Shown: piece by piece, positions 1 through 9,578 of the stretch
How the letters are laid out: every line of letters starts with the position of its first letter
Numbering within the stretch: position 1 is the stretch's first letter
Assembly (NCBI GenBank): GCA_965198115.1
Contig: OZ240241.1
Coordinates: 8,256,001 to 8,320,000, forward strand
DNA length: 64,000 nt
Source of the DNA: Candidatus Latescibacterota bacterium
GTDB lineage: Bacteria; Latescibacterota; UBA2968
Direction: 5' to 3'
Notes under the pieces: generated by a model
The model's input: only the letters and a program-made list of their open reading frames with translations
Told to the model about the DNA's origin: nothing
The model's database searches: none
Program-made: the position numbers and the translations under genes

Positions 1-560
1 GTCGACGGCCTGGCGCACGTATCGAACGACGAGCTCTTCGAGATGTGCCTGGACTGCCGCCGCGACGTCTTCCTTGGGAAAGCGATTCATCTCGCGGCAC
101 AGATGCTCGTATTCGGCCCATCCCCACATGCCCTTGTTGACGAACGAGAAGTCGTCCTCGGAGTAGGTGATGCGGTCGGTAAAGATGTCCCGGGCCACAT
201 CCGGGTCCCCGTAGGCGGCCAGTCCCGTGATCTTGCCCTCGTGTTTGCCGGGTGTAAACCCCGCCCATCCCGTGACAAAGCCGTAGTATTGGCCCGGTGT
301 GTGGTAGAAGGGGATGCTGTGTACCAGGTCCATCTTTCCATTGCGACAGACAGCGATACGGGAACAGTAGCCGTCCCCGACGCCGTCGATCGAGATACTC
401 AGGCACTCGTTCCAGGGCGAGGTGTAGTAGGCGGAAGCAAGGTGAGCGGCGTGATGGTCGATGTAGGCGACCGGTGCGTTGATCCCGAGCGAGCGTAGGT
501 TTCTGCGGAGTCTGCGAGAATCGATGGGCGCGCCGACCGGCTCTGTAGGGTGCGGTAGGC
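1..560 (-). pseudogene. Carbamoyltransferase (NodU/CmcH/TobZ family) fragment; N-terminus missing, runs off the window edge
   Basis: Not in the ORF track. Manual minus-strand translation from 540 gives PVGAPIDSRRLRRNLRSLGINAPVAYIDHHAAHLASAYYTSPWNECLSISIDGVGDG...GKHEGKITGLAAYG...DVAAAVQAHLEE, with the HHxAH, DGxGD and EGKxxGLAxYG motifs. An in-frame TGA lies at 583-585 and there is no start codon. Confidence 0.85.
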
Positions 561-579
561 GGATACGCCCTGGTCCCGG

Positions 580-1825
580 GGATCACCACACATCGCAGCC
601 AGGGCCCGCGACGAGGGAAACCACGAGCGCCCGGGAAGCCCCAGGGCCCTCAGCGGCCAGAGAGCCCTCATCCAGGCGCCGCGACGTACGTGCTGTTCGA
701 TCCCGGGATATCCTCCGAAGAGTTCGTCGCTTCCCTCACCCGACAGGACGACGGTCACGTAGTTTCGGGCCAGTTCAGACACCGCATACAGCGGAACCGA
801 TGCGAGGGCGGCGAGTGGCTCGTCGGCGTGCCAGATCACGTCGAAGAGGGTGCTTACGAACTGATCGGACGTAAGGACGACTTCGTGATGGTCGGTGCGA
901 AAGCGATCCGCTGCCTGCCTCGCGTAGCTGCGCTCGTCGTAGCGGCCGCCCGTATCGAAGGCGACGGAAAAGGTCTTGAGCCGCTCGACGCCCAGCTCGC
1001 TGGCACAGGCCACCATGGCCGTCGAGTCGAGTCCGCCGCTCAGCAGGACACCGACGGGGACGTCGCTCACGAGGTGGGATTCGACCGCACCGGTGAGGTG
1101 TCTGTCGAACTCCTCGACAGCCTGCTGCTCGTCGATGGCGGTGTCGATGTTGAACTGAAGGTGCCAATAGCGCTGGACGTGCAGTCCCGGTTGGTCGACG
1201 GAGCACGTTAGCGCGTGTGCGGGTGGCAGTTTCTGTATGCCCTGAAGGATGCTGCACGAGGTATGCGGATGCCTGAAGGCAGGTAGTGACTCAAAGACAG
1301 CGGGTCCACTTCACGATCGATCCCGGGAAGCTGTAGAAGCGCCTTGAGCTCGGAGGCGAATACGAGCCCTGTTTTTGTTTCAGCATAGTAGAGCGGCTTG
1401 ATGCCGAGCCGATCCCGGACGAGTAGCATACGCTGATTGTTCGAATCCCAAATGGCGAGCCCGAACATACCGTCAAGTCTTTCTATGCAGGCGTCACCGT
1501 ATTCTTCGTAGAGATGGACGATGACTTCCGTATCACTGTGCGACTTGAATCGATGCCCGAGCGCCAGCAACTCTTGTCGCAATCGTCCGAAGTTGTAGAT
1601 CTCTCCGTTGAAGATCGTCCAGATCGATCCATCCTCGTTTGACATCGGTTGGTGACCGCCCTCAAGGTCGATGACACTCAGCCTACGGAATGCGAGACAG
1701 ACGTGCTCGTCGCTGTAGAGACCGGCATCATCAGGTCCCCGGTGTTTGAGGGATTCAGCCGCGCGCTGGGCTCTGGCCGGATTGGGCTCGTTCCATCGGT
1801 CGAGGATGCCTACGATGCCACACAT
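580..1825 (-). pseudogene. asnB: Asparagine synthase (glutamine-hydrolysing) family amidotransferase, frameshifted and C-terminally truncated
   Basis: MCGIVG start at 1825; HRGPD, FNGEIYN and RDRLGIKPLYY motifs. A 1-nt frameshift near 1280 leads into the SDVPVGVLLSGGLDS...SGEGSDELFGGY frame. Similarity ends near 580. Confidence 0.9.
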
Positions 1826-2252
1826 ATCGAGTCCTGGAGGTGCTGGGGCACCGCGAATTCGGTAGAGGTCCGGGTCCACAGTCGACTGGAGAGCCGATGG
1901 TGGGATCGAGTTGCGTGTCTACGAATCAGTGCTCGCATGGGTTCTCTTTAAATTGAAGCTGGGCGCGATCAGACTTTACCAGAGGTCACTTGGATGCCCA
2001 CTCCCCGGCGGACGGCCGGACCGCAGGACACGGAATAAATTTCCAGGCCAGCTGGGGGGCGCAGTGGGATAGCATCTGCATAACCCATTGTACAGAATGG
2101 TGTTACGTCAATCTAGGGGGTGGTCGGATAGAGATGGGATGGGATCCACAAAGGAAAGGTCGCAACCGCTGTGCCATGAGGCGGCTTCAGGGTCACTCTC
2201 CTACTATCGGCGGGATCGAGGAATGGTTGAGCGAAAGGGATGCGGGAGCGTC

Positions 2253-2636
2253 TTACAACGCAGGCGCCGGCGAGGCCGACCAACGGGCCAAAGCGACGTC
2301 AACGACCGACAGGAGGCGCCGGGCGAGCATGCGGCTGGCTTGCTCGGTGTGATACCAATCGATGTGGGTGAGATCGGTGGAGAAGAAAGGGTGTGGATTA
2401 AGATCTACATAGGCGACGCTCCGTTCAGCGAGGTGGGCCTGAACGGGCTCGATGATATCGGAGTAGACTTCATTCTCGAACCGGTATAGCTCGGGTGCGA
2501 CGGGAGGCCGGACAACAATGAGGTTGAATTCGGTCTGGCACCGATCCACGAGCTTTGCGAAGGCCGACCAGGCTTGCTGATCAATCGGCCTTCCTTGGCG
2601 CCCCACGGCTTTTCGCGGAGATCCGACGTCGAATTT
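2253..2636 (-). pseudogene. Probable 3' remnant of an SGNH/DltD-like protein abutting the ISL3
   Basis: ORF 2253..2606 (LIVVRPP...YVDLN...FSTDLTHI...ASRMLA) resembles the C-terminus of SGNH-like polysaccharide-modifying proteins. The frame is closed by TAA at the IS junction. Confidence 0.4.
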
Positions 2637-2640
2637 TTAT

Positions 2641-4059
2641 GGCTATATCCGGATCTCTCAACGAGATGAAGTGGGTGAAGGTGCCGTGGTTCCTGCATGG
2701 GGGCGCGGTTAGCGTGTGCGGAACCTCTTCGGAATCTGCTCAGGGATGTTTATGTCTCCGACGGTAAGGAAGATCATATCGTTGAATGCGTCGAGTGTGC
2801 GGAATCCGCTGGCTCGGTTCTTGACGATTTGGACGATTCGGTTGAGGCCTTCGGCGATGGCGTTGGTAAGACGCGTGTTCACGAATGCGAGGACGCCGAA
2901 GAAGTGCTGTCGCAGGGTCCTGACGAACTTTCGCAGGGGTTCACGTCGACTTCTGAGTGCGGACGTCGTCCAGCATTTCAGGAAGCGTTCGGCAGCCCAG
3001 GGCGCTTTGTATTCCCAGAACTGCTCGAACTCGTCCTTGAGTCTCCAGGCTCTATAGATTCGGTAGTTCGCCTTCTCCAGTGCTTTGAGTGTCCGAGTAT
3101 CCCCTCTGGAGCGTGTCGCTGAGTGCCGGTAGAGGAGCCATCGGAGGCCCTTCATGGCTTTGCGCTCATCCGGGGCAGCTTCACGCCACTGGTCCTTACG
3201 GACCTCGTCAACGGCGGCATTGAGAGCCTTGACGATGTGAAAGCGATCGAGGACCAGCTTGGCATTCGGACAGTGTTCCTGGATGGCTCCGATGTAAGCT
3301 TCGCTCATGTCGCAGCAGGCCCACTCGATCTTGGATCTCCGGTAGGGACTGAGAGCCTCTGTGAAGAACCGATCGATCGTTTTACGCGCCCTGCCGCGGC
3401 CAACCCACACCACGCAGGAGCGGTCCAGATCGTAAACGAGCGTGGCGTACCTGTGACGCTTGGCGTAGGAGATCTCGTCGATCCCGATGGTTTTGAGCCC
3501 TCGGATACGATGACCTTCACGAAGCCGCGTGATGGATCGGTGAAGGAGATCCGACAGCGTCGAGGCAGAGATGCGCAGTAACTCGGACGCCGCCTTCTGC
3601 GTCATGGTCTGGCAGTAGCGCAGCATGGCATACTCGAAGCGATACGTCACCCGAGAGAACCGCTCCGCCCACGGAATCTCCTCGACCACACGACCGTGGG
3701 TAGGACACCGAATCTCCCGAGGATGGTAGAGAAGCCAGACCCTCCACCCGCACACCGGAATGTCACGCCACCGACGCGGATGGGGCATTGTGCGGACGAT
3801 TTTACCTCGACGGCCGCACTCCGGACAACAACAACCATTCTTATGTGGCTTTACGGCGATGACGAAACAGCTTCTCCCCTCAAACCACCAGCTGACAACA
3901 CGGAACCCCTTGAATCTCAGCAGTTTCGATAGTAATCTGCTCCCGGTCATAGGTCGCACCCCCTTCGCTTTGATTGTCCTACACACACAACCAAGCGTAG
4001 GGAACGATCTATGACCTTGTCATTCTATAGTTTCACCGTTGAGAAACCCGGATAGAGCC
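2641..4059 (-). mobile_element. ISL3-family insertion sequence, copy 1 (1419 bp)
   Basis: Terminal IRs GGCTATATCCGGATCTCTCAACG / GGCTCTATCCGGGTTTCTCAACG. Near-identical to 38476..39897. Flanks ATTTTTAT and TTATTTAT are not a perfect direct repeat. Confidence 0.95.
2709..3950 (-). CDS. ISL3-family transposase (intact)
   Basis: CPECG zinc finger; IGIDE, CCDMS, DRFHIV and TNAIAEGLN motifs. ATG at 3950 follows a purine-rich RBS. Confidence 0.95.
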   Translation of the reverse strand: MTGSRLLSKLLRFKGFRVVSWWFEGRSCFVIAVKPHKNGCCCPECGRRGKIVRTMPHPRRWRDIPVCGWRVWLLYHPREIRCPTHGRVVEEIPWAERFSRVTYRFEYAMLRYCQTMTQKAASELLRISASTLSDLLHRSITRLREGHRIRGLKTIGIDEISYAKRHRYATLVYDLDRSCVVWVGRGRARKTIDRFFTEALSPYRRSKIEWACCDMSEAYIGAIQEHCPNAKLVLDRFHIVKALNAAVDEVRKDQWREAAPDERKAMKGLRWLLYRHSATRSRGDTRTLKALEKANYRIYRAWRLKDEFEQFWEYKAPWAAERFLKCWTTSALRSRREPLRKFVRTLRQHFFGVLAFVNTRLTNAIAEGLNRIVQIVKNRASGFRTLDAFNDMIFLTVGDINIPEQIPKRFRTR

Positions 4060-4101
4060 TTATTTATTCCGAACCCTTAGCAGATGGTGATACATCAAGA
4101 C

Positions 4102-4152
4102 GCCCCGATCGCCATCGTCCCTTCGACTCCGCTTCAGGACTGTACGAGGGCG
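4102..4152 (+). repeat. REP-like hairpin carrying the CCCTTCGACTCCGC(T)TCAGGAC motif
   Basis: Arms CGCCATCGT / ACGAGGGCG; near-identical to 48511..48559. Confidence 0.8.
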
Positions 4153-4201
4153 CTGTTTCGTGGCGGGAAACACGTGCTCGACGACGACCTCGATCCTGCG
4201 A

Positions 4202-5152
4202 TCAGGGTGAAGCGCGAAGTTCGAGGTAGCTGGCGTAGCGTCGTTGGTAGATGGCACCGTCTTCGACAGCTGCCTTGATGGCGCAATCGGGTTCCCGGAT
4301 GTGCGCACAGTCGCGGAACCGGCAGCCGTTGAGGTAGGGGATGAATTCGCGGAACAACTCGGGAACATCCTCTGGCTGAATGTTCCAGAGACGGAATTCC
4401 TTCACACCCGGAATGTCGCCGACAAGCCCTCCACTTTCTAGTGAGACGAGCTCCAGATGGGTCGTCGTGTGACGACCTTCGCCAGTCAGTTCGCTGACCT
4501 CACCCGTTCTCAATTCGAGTCCCGGTTCGAGCCAGTTCAGGAGACTCGATTTGCCGACGCCGGACGGTCCCATGAAGAGGGAAGTCCCACGGTCGAGAAC
4601 GGTGTGGATGTCGTCGAGCCCATCGTTGTCGACTGTGCTCGTCTGGACGACGGCGTAGCCGATGCGTGTGTAATTCTCGACCGCTTTGTCGATGGACTCC
4701 GTGCTGTCCAGATCGGTCTTGTTGATGCAGATGACGGCTTCGATCTCCTCCCACTCCGCTATGGCGAGCATGCGATCGAGCAGGTCGAAGTCCGGTGGCG
4801 GGTCGCTGACAGAGAAGATCGGAACGACGCGATCGATGTTGGCTGCGAGGATCTGTTCCCGCGGGCTCGATCCCGAAGCCCGTCGTGAGATCTTGTTCTG
4901 TCGAGGCTGGATCTCGCGAATCATTCCAGCGTCGCCTTCCCCAGGGTCGAATTCGACGCGATCGCCGATGGCGACAGGATCGGTGACACGAACCCGTCGC
5001 ACACGCTCTACGCGTCTTCTTCGAGAGCCGGGACTCGCTTGGGGGTATTGCAGACTTTTCCGAAGCAGGGTCGAAAGGGCGCACGTGAACTGATCCCCTT
5101 CGCTCGCCACGATATAGTGTCCGAGGTGCTGTCGGATCACGGTGCCTTCCAT
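4202..5152 (-). CDS. rsgA: Ribosome small subunit-dependent GTPase A
   Basis: NKTDL (G4), GPSGVGKSS (G1), GRHTTT, DIPG and the CRFRDCAHIREPDC zinc finger. Start MEGTV at 5152. Confidence 0.95.
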   Translation of the reverse strand: MEGTVIRQHLGHYIVASEGDQFTCALSTLLRKSLQYPQASPGSRRRRVERVRRVRVTDPVAIGDRVEFDPGEGDAGMIREIQPRQNKISRRASGSSPREQILAANIDRVVPIFSVSDPPPDFDLLDRMLAIAEWEEIEAVICINKTDLDSTESIDKAVENYTRIGYAVVQTSTVDNDGLDDIHTVLDRGTSLFMGPSGVGKSSLLNWLEPGLELRTGEVSELTGEGRHTTTHLELVSLESGGLVGDIPGVKEFRLWNIQPEDVPELFREFIPYLNGCRFRDCAHIREPDCAIKAAVEDGAIYQRRYASYLELRASP

Positions 5153-5420
5153 TGAGGTCCTATGAATAGTGTTGGGGTGGTTCAGAAAGTGGGCACCCAC
5201 CACTCCGCTGACTGAGAGAGCGTATGCCCTCCCGGCTAGTTTCAGGCCGGGATCCGGTTTTCCCCTCGGGGTAGGTGCCTGTAATTAGAATAGACCCCGG
5301 CCAAGAAGCGTATAGGGGTGACATTGTTCGCGCGTGGATAGATGAGCATGGTCATAAGAATCCGATGCTCGAGTGTAAGAATAGGGTTTAACTTCTTGTA
5401 AAATTTCACGCTTACGTGCG

Positions 5421-5489
5421 AAGGTAGCACCCCCCAACAGGCCTGTCAAGATGGGCATTTCTTGACACGGCTGTCCTCGGGCGCATTCT
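5421..5489. promoter_or_regulatory. Back-to-back divergent sigma70-like promoters (rsgA / mscS)
   Basis: TGTCAAGA-N8-TCTTGACA palindrome at 5444-5467. Minus strand: TTGACA-17-TACCTT with an extended TG. Plus strand: TTGACA-16-CATTCT. Confidence 0.55.
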
Positions 5490-5526
5490 TGGACTGTTCC
5501 CGAGGAGCAGTCAACCAACGAATACA

Positions 5527-6642
5527 ATGGATACGATCGAGCCGATCCTGAGAGCAGTCGCAGAGACGGTCTCCTTGAAGCAGGCGGGTATTGCCTTTGC
5601 GATCCTGCTTGCTGCTCTGTTGGCGCGCCGAATTATCCACGCTGTGTTCGAGCGTCTGGTGCGCCAGGTGACGTCCAGGAGCAGCACGGACATCGACGAC
5701 CTTCTGGTCGAGGCACTCAGCAGACCTGTCGGGTGGAGCGCTGTCGTCGTCGGGCTCTATCTTGCCCTCAACGCGCTGCGCCCACCGAGTATCGTCGTGG
5801 TGGGCGGTCAAAAGCTGCTGGCGTTGGCCGTGAGTCTGTTGCTGACGTGGCTGATGATTCGGCTCGTCAACGTCGGGACAGAAGTTTTCCACCGTTGGGC
5901 GCGTCGGACCGATTCGGTGTTGGACGATCAGTTGGTGCCTCTGGTCGCCAAAGCTGCGAAGGTGACCGTCGGTCTGTTGGCGACACTGCTCGTTCTGCAG
6001 AACCTGGGCTACTCCATTTCGGGGTTGATCGCCGGGCTGGGTGTTGGAGGGCTGGCTGTGGCCCTCGCCGCGCAGAAGACCCTCTCCGATGTGTTTGGCT
6101 CGATCATGTTGCTCGTTGATCGTCCGTTCACGGTCGGGGACTGGATCCAATCGCCGGACGGCAACGTCGAGGGCGTGGTCGAGGAGATCGGGTTTCGGTC
6201 GACCAAAATCCGCACGTTTGAGAAGACGCTGGTCTACGTTCCCAACAGTCGTCTGGCGGACTTCATTATCGATAACATCGAACAACGACCTATCCGACGT
6301 GTCTGGATCACTGTGGGTGTGACTTATGACACCACACGGGATCGGATGCAGGAGGTGGTGGGACAGATTCGGTCGATGCTCGCGAACCACGGCGGGGTCG
6401 ATCAGGCGTTTTACCTCGTGCGTTTCACAGACTTCGGATCCAGCTCGCTCGACATTATGGTCTACTACTTCGCGAACACGACGGTTTGGGACGATTACCT
6501 GGCCGTACGCGAGGATGTGAATTTGAAGATCATGGGGATTTTGGAAGGTCTTGGGCTGGAGATCGCGTTTCCGACGCGCACCGTGCATTTGGCGACAGAT
6601 CGGCCCGATTCTGTTTTGCCCTCTTCGGGGCAAAGCGTTTGA
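5527..6642 (+). CDS. mscS: Small-conductance mechanosensitive channel family protein
   Basis: GLGVGGLAVALAAQKTLSD, DRPFTVGDWI, VEEIGFRSTKIRT and IAFPTRT motifs. Confidence 0.93.
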   Translation: MDTIEPILRAVAETVSLKQAGIAFAILLAALLARRIIHAVFERLVRQVTSRSSTDIDDLLVEALSRPVGWSAVVVGLYLALNALRPPSIVVVGGQKLLALAVSLLLTWLMIRLVNVGTEVFHRWARRTDSVLDDQLVPLVAKAAKVTVGLLATLLVLQNLGYSISGLIAGLGVGGLAVALAAQKTLSDVFGSIMLLVDRPFTVGDWIQSPDGNVEGVVEEIGFRSTKIRTFEKTLVYVPNSRLADFIIDNIEQRPIRRVWITVGVTYDTTRDRMQEVVGQIRSMLANHGGVDQAFYLVRFTDFGSSSLDIMVYYFANTTVWDDYLAVREDVNLKIMGILEGLGLEIAFPTRTVHLATDRPDSVLPSSGQSV

Positions 6643-6754
6643 CTCGACACGCGCGATTTTTCATATTTTTCGGACACGTTTCAAACTGCTGGTCTCGTTG
6701 CAAAGAGGTGGCGCAGCGATGATGGGATTCAGGCGCACTCGGAAAGGCCGTAAG

Positions 6755-7489
6755 ATGGAAGACATAACGCGCATCCTGAACAGTTGGGAGTTCAACCCCG
6801 AGGATATCTGTGCGCGAAAGATCGAAGGGGTCGACGGGCGTGAGAAACTGCAAGTGCGGGTCGACCTCGGCATGCTTCAAATGGAACTGGACGGTCGTCC
6901 CGACGGTTCGTGTCCCAACGATCTCCCATCGCTTCTGGAATTCTACCAGCAAAAGGCCAAAGATCCGGAGTTTGTGCTCGCAGACGAAGATTGCGAAGCC
7001 CTGGGTCAGGAGGGCCTCCAGTTTTACCATCGCTACATCTGCCTGTTGCGACTGGGTGATTTCGGACGTGTGATTTCGGACACGAATCACAACCTGGCGA
7101 TCTTCGACCTCGTTGCCAAGCATTCCAAGGGTGATGAGCAGAGGATGCTGTTCGAGCAGTATCGACCCTACGTCACGATGGTCAGCACACGCGCCAAGGG
7201 TGAGTTGAGGTTGCTCGACGACGACTTCGACGGTGCCCTAGCGATCGTCGATCGGGGGATCGAACGGATTCAGCAGCTTTTGAGTGCGTTCGAGGATCCC
7301 GATCTGTCCGACGACCGGGAGGAGATTCACGCGCTCGAAGCGTGGCGCCAGGAGATCACGGAGAACCGTCCCGTGAGTCTCAAGCAACGGCTTGCCGAAC
7401 AATTGCAGGAAGCGATCGCTGACGAAAAATACGAGCGAGCTGCCGTGTTGAGGGACCGGCTTCGAGGACTGGAGAAGAACCGGTTGTGA
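6755..7489 (+). CDS. UvrB/UvrC (UVR) motif-containing protein
   Basis: C-terminal LQEAIADEKYERAAVLRDRL UVR motif; N-terminal QVRVDLGMLQMELDGRPDG. Start MEDIT. Confidence 0.75.
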   Translation: MEDITRILNSWEFNPEDICARKIEGVDGREKLQVRVDLGMLQMELDGRPDGSCPNDLPSLLEFYQQKAKDPEFVLADEDCEALGQEGLQFYHRYICLLRLGDFGRVISDTNHNLAIFDLVAKHSKGDEQRMLFEQYRPYVTMVSTRAKGELRLLDDDFDGALAIVDRGIERIQQLLSAFEDPDLSDDREEIHALEAWRQEITENRPVSLKQRLAEQLQEAIADEKYERAAVLRDRLRGLEKNRL

Positions 7490-7496
7490 ATTCGCC

Positions 7497-8468
7497 GTGA
7501 AGGCTCGCCTCAAACAGGGCGCCGTTTCGGTGGCTATCGCCAACTGGAATGGCGCTTCTTACGTTTCACGCTGTTTAGATTCCGTCCTCACCCAAACAAC
7601 CCCCCCCGAGGAGATCGTGGTCGTCGACAATGGCTCGACCGACGGCTCTCCCGACACGATCCGATCGCGCTACCCTATGGTGCGTCTCCTCACACGCCCG
7701 ATCAACGAAGGTTTCTGTCGCGGCTACAACACGGCCATTCGAGCGACCCGGTCTCCCTACGTACTGATCCTGAACAACGACGTTTTTCTCGAACGCGATT
7801 TCATCGAGCGCGCCCTGGACGCCCTGCTGAGCGAACCCCACATCGGGTGGGTGGCCGGCCGACTGAACAGGGCAGACGGTGATGGCGTCGACTACGTGGG
7901 GCGGTTTTTGCGGCGCCGACTCGCCCTGGTGAACGCGGATCCTCCCGTTCCCGGTCAGCGTGTGTTCGCCGGTAGTGGTGCGGCGATCTTCTGTCGCCGT
8001 GCGATGCTGGATGACGTCGCTGAGGAGGGAGCTTACTACGACGAACGCTTCTTCGCCTATCTCGAAGATCTGGATCTGGCCTGGCGCGCCAACCTGCGTG
8101 GTTGGCGGTGCGTCTACGCGCCGGACGTGATCGCACGCCACGTTGGAAGTGCATCGATGAGTGGCCGAGTTCGCGTGCTCGACAAGACGATGGACTTTCA
8201 GCGGCACATTCTCAAGAACCGCTACCTGACGGTCGTCAAGAATGCGTCACCCGGTGTCCTTCTGAGGCTCCTGCCTTATCTGTTGATCGCTGAAGCCGGA
8301 TTGTGGATGCAGTTTCTGTTGAGCCGATCCAGTCGGATCCGTGTTCTGCCTCAGGCGATCGTGCAAGCTGCGCGGCTGCTGGGTGGAATGTGTTCGAGTC
8401 GACGATTCGTGCAGTCGAGGAAGGTCGCGGCCGACCACGAGATCGTCGGTTTGATGAGGGGGTTCTGA
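7497..8468 (+). CDS. Glycosyltransferase family 2
   Basis: VVVDNGSTDGS, LNNDV and FFAYLEDLDLAWR motifs. Confidence 0.92.
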   Translation: MKARLKQGAVSVAIANWNGASYVSRCLDSVLTQTTPPEEIVVVDNGSTDGSPDTIRSRYPMVRLLTRPINEGFCRGYNTAIRATRSPYVLILNNDVFLERDFIERALDALLSEPHIGWVAGRLNRADGDGVDYVGRFLRRRLALVNADPPVPGQRVFAGSGAAIFCRRAMLDDVAEEGAYYDERFFAYLEDLDLAWRANLRGWRCVYAPDVIARHVGSASMSGRVRVLDKTMDFQRHILKNRYLTVVKNASPGVLLRLLPYLLIAEAGLWMQFLLSRSSRIRVLPQAIVQAARLLGGMCSSRRFVQSRKVAADHEIVGLMRGF

Positions 8469-8469
8469 C

Positions 8470-8708
8470 CTGGAACGGCCGATCCGGGTGCTGATCGTGA
8501 TCACTCGACTCGCCGTCGGCGGTGCGCCGAAGGCGGTTTTGAGGACGCTCGGCCAGCTCGAAGAGGGTTTCCTCATCCGATTGGTGTCGTGGCGATGCTG
8601 ATGCCCATCAAGCGGCCACATCGCTTCGAATCGCGGACCACACGAAACAGGGTGCCCCAGGATTCCCGCTTTGGAAAGATGCGTGTGAACCACATCGTAG
8701 CGACCGTG
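8470..8708. pseudogene. Scrambled GT4 glycosyltransferase remnant
   Basis: + strand 8470..8601 reads LERPIRVLIVITRLAVGGAPKAVL... (GT4 N-terminus). - strand 8708..8652 reads HGRYDVVHTHLSKAGILGH (GT4 internal motif). Confidence 0.75.
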
Positions 8709-8726
8709 GGGGACGGTCGATTTTAG

Positions 8727-9578
8727 ATGATTTATGTGACTGGAGGGACGGGCTTCACGGGCCGCTTCGTCGTCGAGGCGCTGGTCGCTGCCGGGGAGCG
8801 ATGCCGTTGTCTGGCACGGGACCGGCACGAGGCGGAGCGCGTTCTGCCGACCTCGGTGGAGGTCGTGGCCGGCAGGCTCGACGATCCGGTTTCCTTGCCG
8901 GGTCTGGCTGAAGCAGACGCCGTCGTCCACGTCGCCCCGATCGCACTTTGCGCGGGGGTTGTCGATGCGTGTGAGCGTGTTGGGGTCACCCGCGGCGTGT
9001 ATTTCAGTTCCACGTGGCGGTTTTTGTCGGTTCGAACATCTGAGGTAGATGCGGTCGTCGAGGGAGAGGAGCGTGTGATGAGCGCCGGCTCCACGTGGAC
9101 CCTGATCAGGCCGACCATGATTTACGGACCCGGCGACCAGAACATTTGCAGACTGCGCGATCTGATCCGTCGGCACGCGATCGTTCCGGTTCTGGAAGGC
9201 GGAAGACGTCTCCTGCAGCCGGTTTTTGTGGAGGACGTCGCGCAGGTTGTCGCCGACGTGGTGCGTCGTGAGTCGACCCACGGTCGTGCGTATGAAATCG
9301 CAGGACCGGAACCGATGTCCTATGGTAGGGTGGTCGATCGCATCGCGATGTTCGAAAAGCGAACGATCGCGAAACTCTATTTACCGGGATCGCTGTGCGC
9401 GGTGGGTGCCCGTCTCTATGGAATGGTCAGTGGACGACACGACCTGAGCAATCGAGTCGACCGGATGCGTGAGGATAGAGCGTTTTCGATCGAAAAGGCG
9501 CGTGAAGATTTCGCCTACGCGCCCCGGGACTTCGATGCCGGTTTGGCCCGTACGCGAAGCCTGGAGTCCGGCGGATGA
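8727..9578 (+). CDS. NAD-dependent epimerase/dehydratase (atypical SDR)
   Basis: VTGGTGFTG, IRPTMIYGPG and QPVFVEDVA motifs. Confidence 0.9.
   Translation: MIYVTGGTGFTGRFVVEALVAAGERCRCLARDRHEAERVLPTSVEVVAGRLDDPVSLPGLAEADAVVHVAPIALCAGVVDACERVGVTRGVYFSSTWRFLSVRTSEVDAVVEGEERVMSAGSTWTLIRPTMIYGPGDQNICRLRDLIRRHAIVPVLEGGRRLLQPVFVEDVAQVVADVVRRESTHGRAYEIAGPEPMSYGRVVDRIAMFEKRTIAKLYLPGSLCAVGARLYGMVSGRHDLSNRVDRMREDRAFSIEKAREDFAYAPRDFDAGLARTRSLESGG

Noticed and set aside
5446-6633. Long antisense ORFs (also 56578..57930, 55367..56371 and 20381..21298)
   Set aside because: Shadow ORFs opposite well-supported genes in high-GC DNA.
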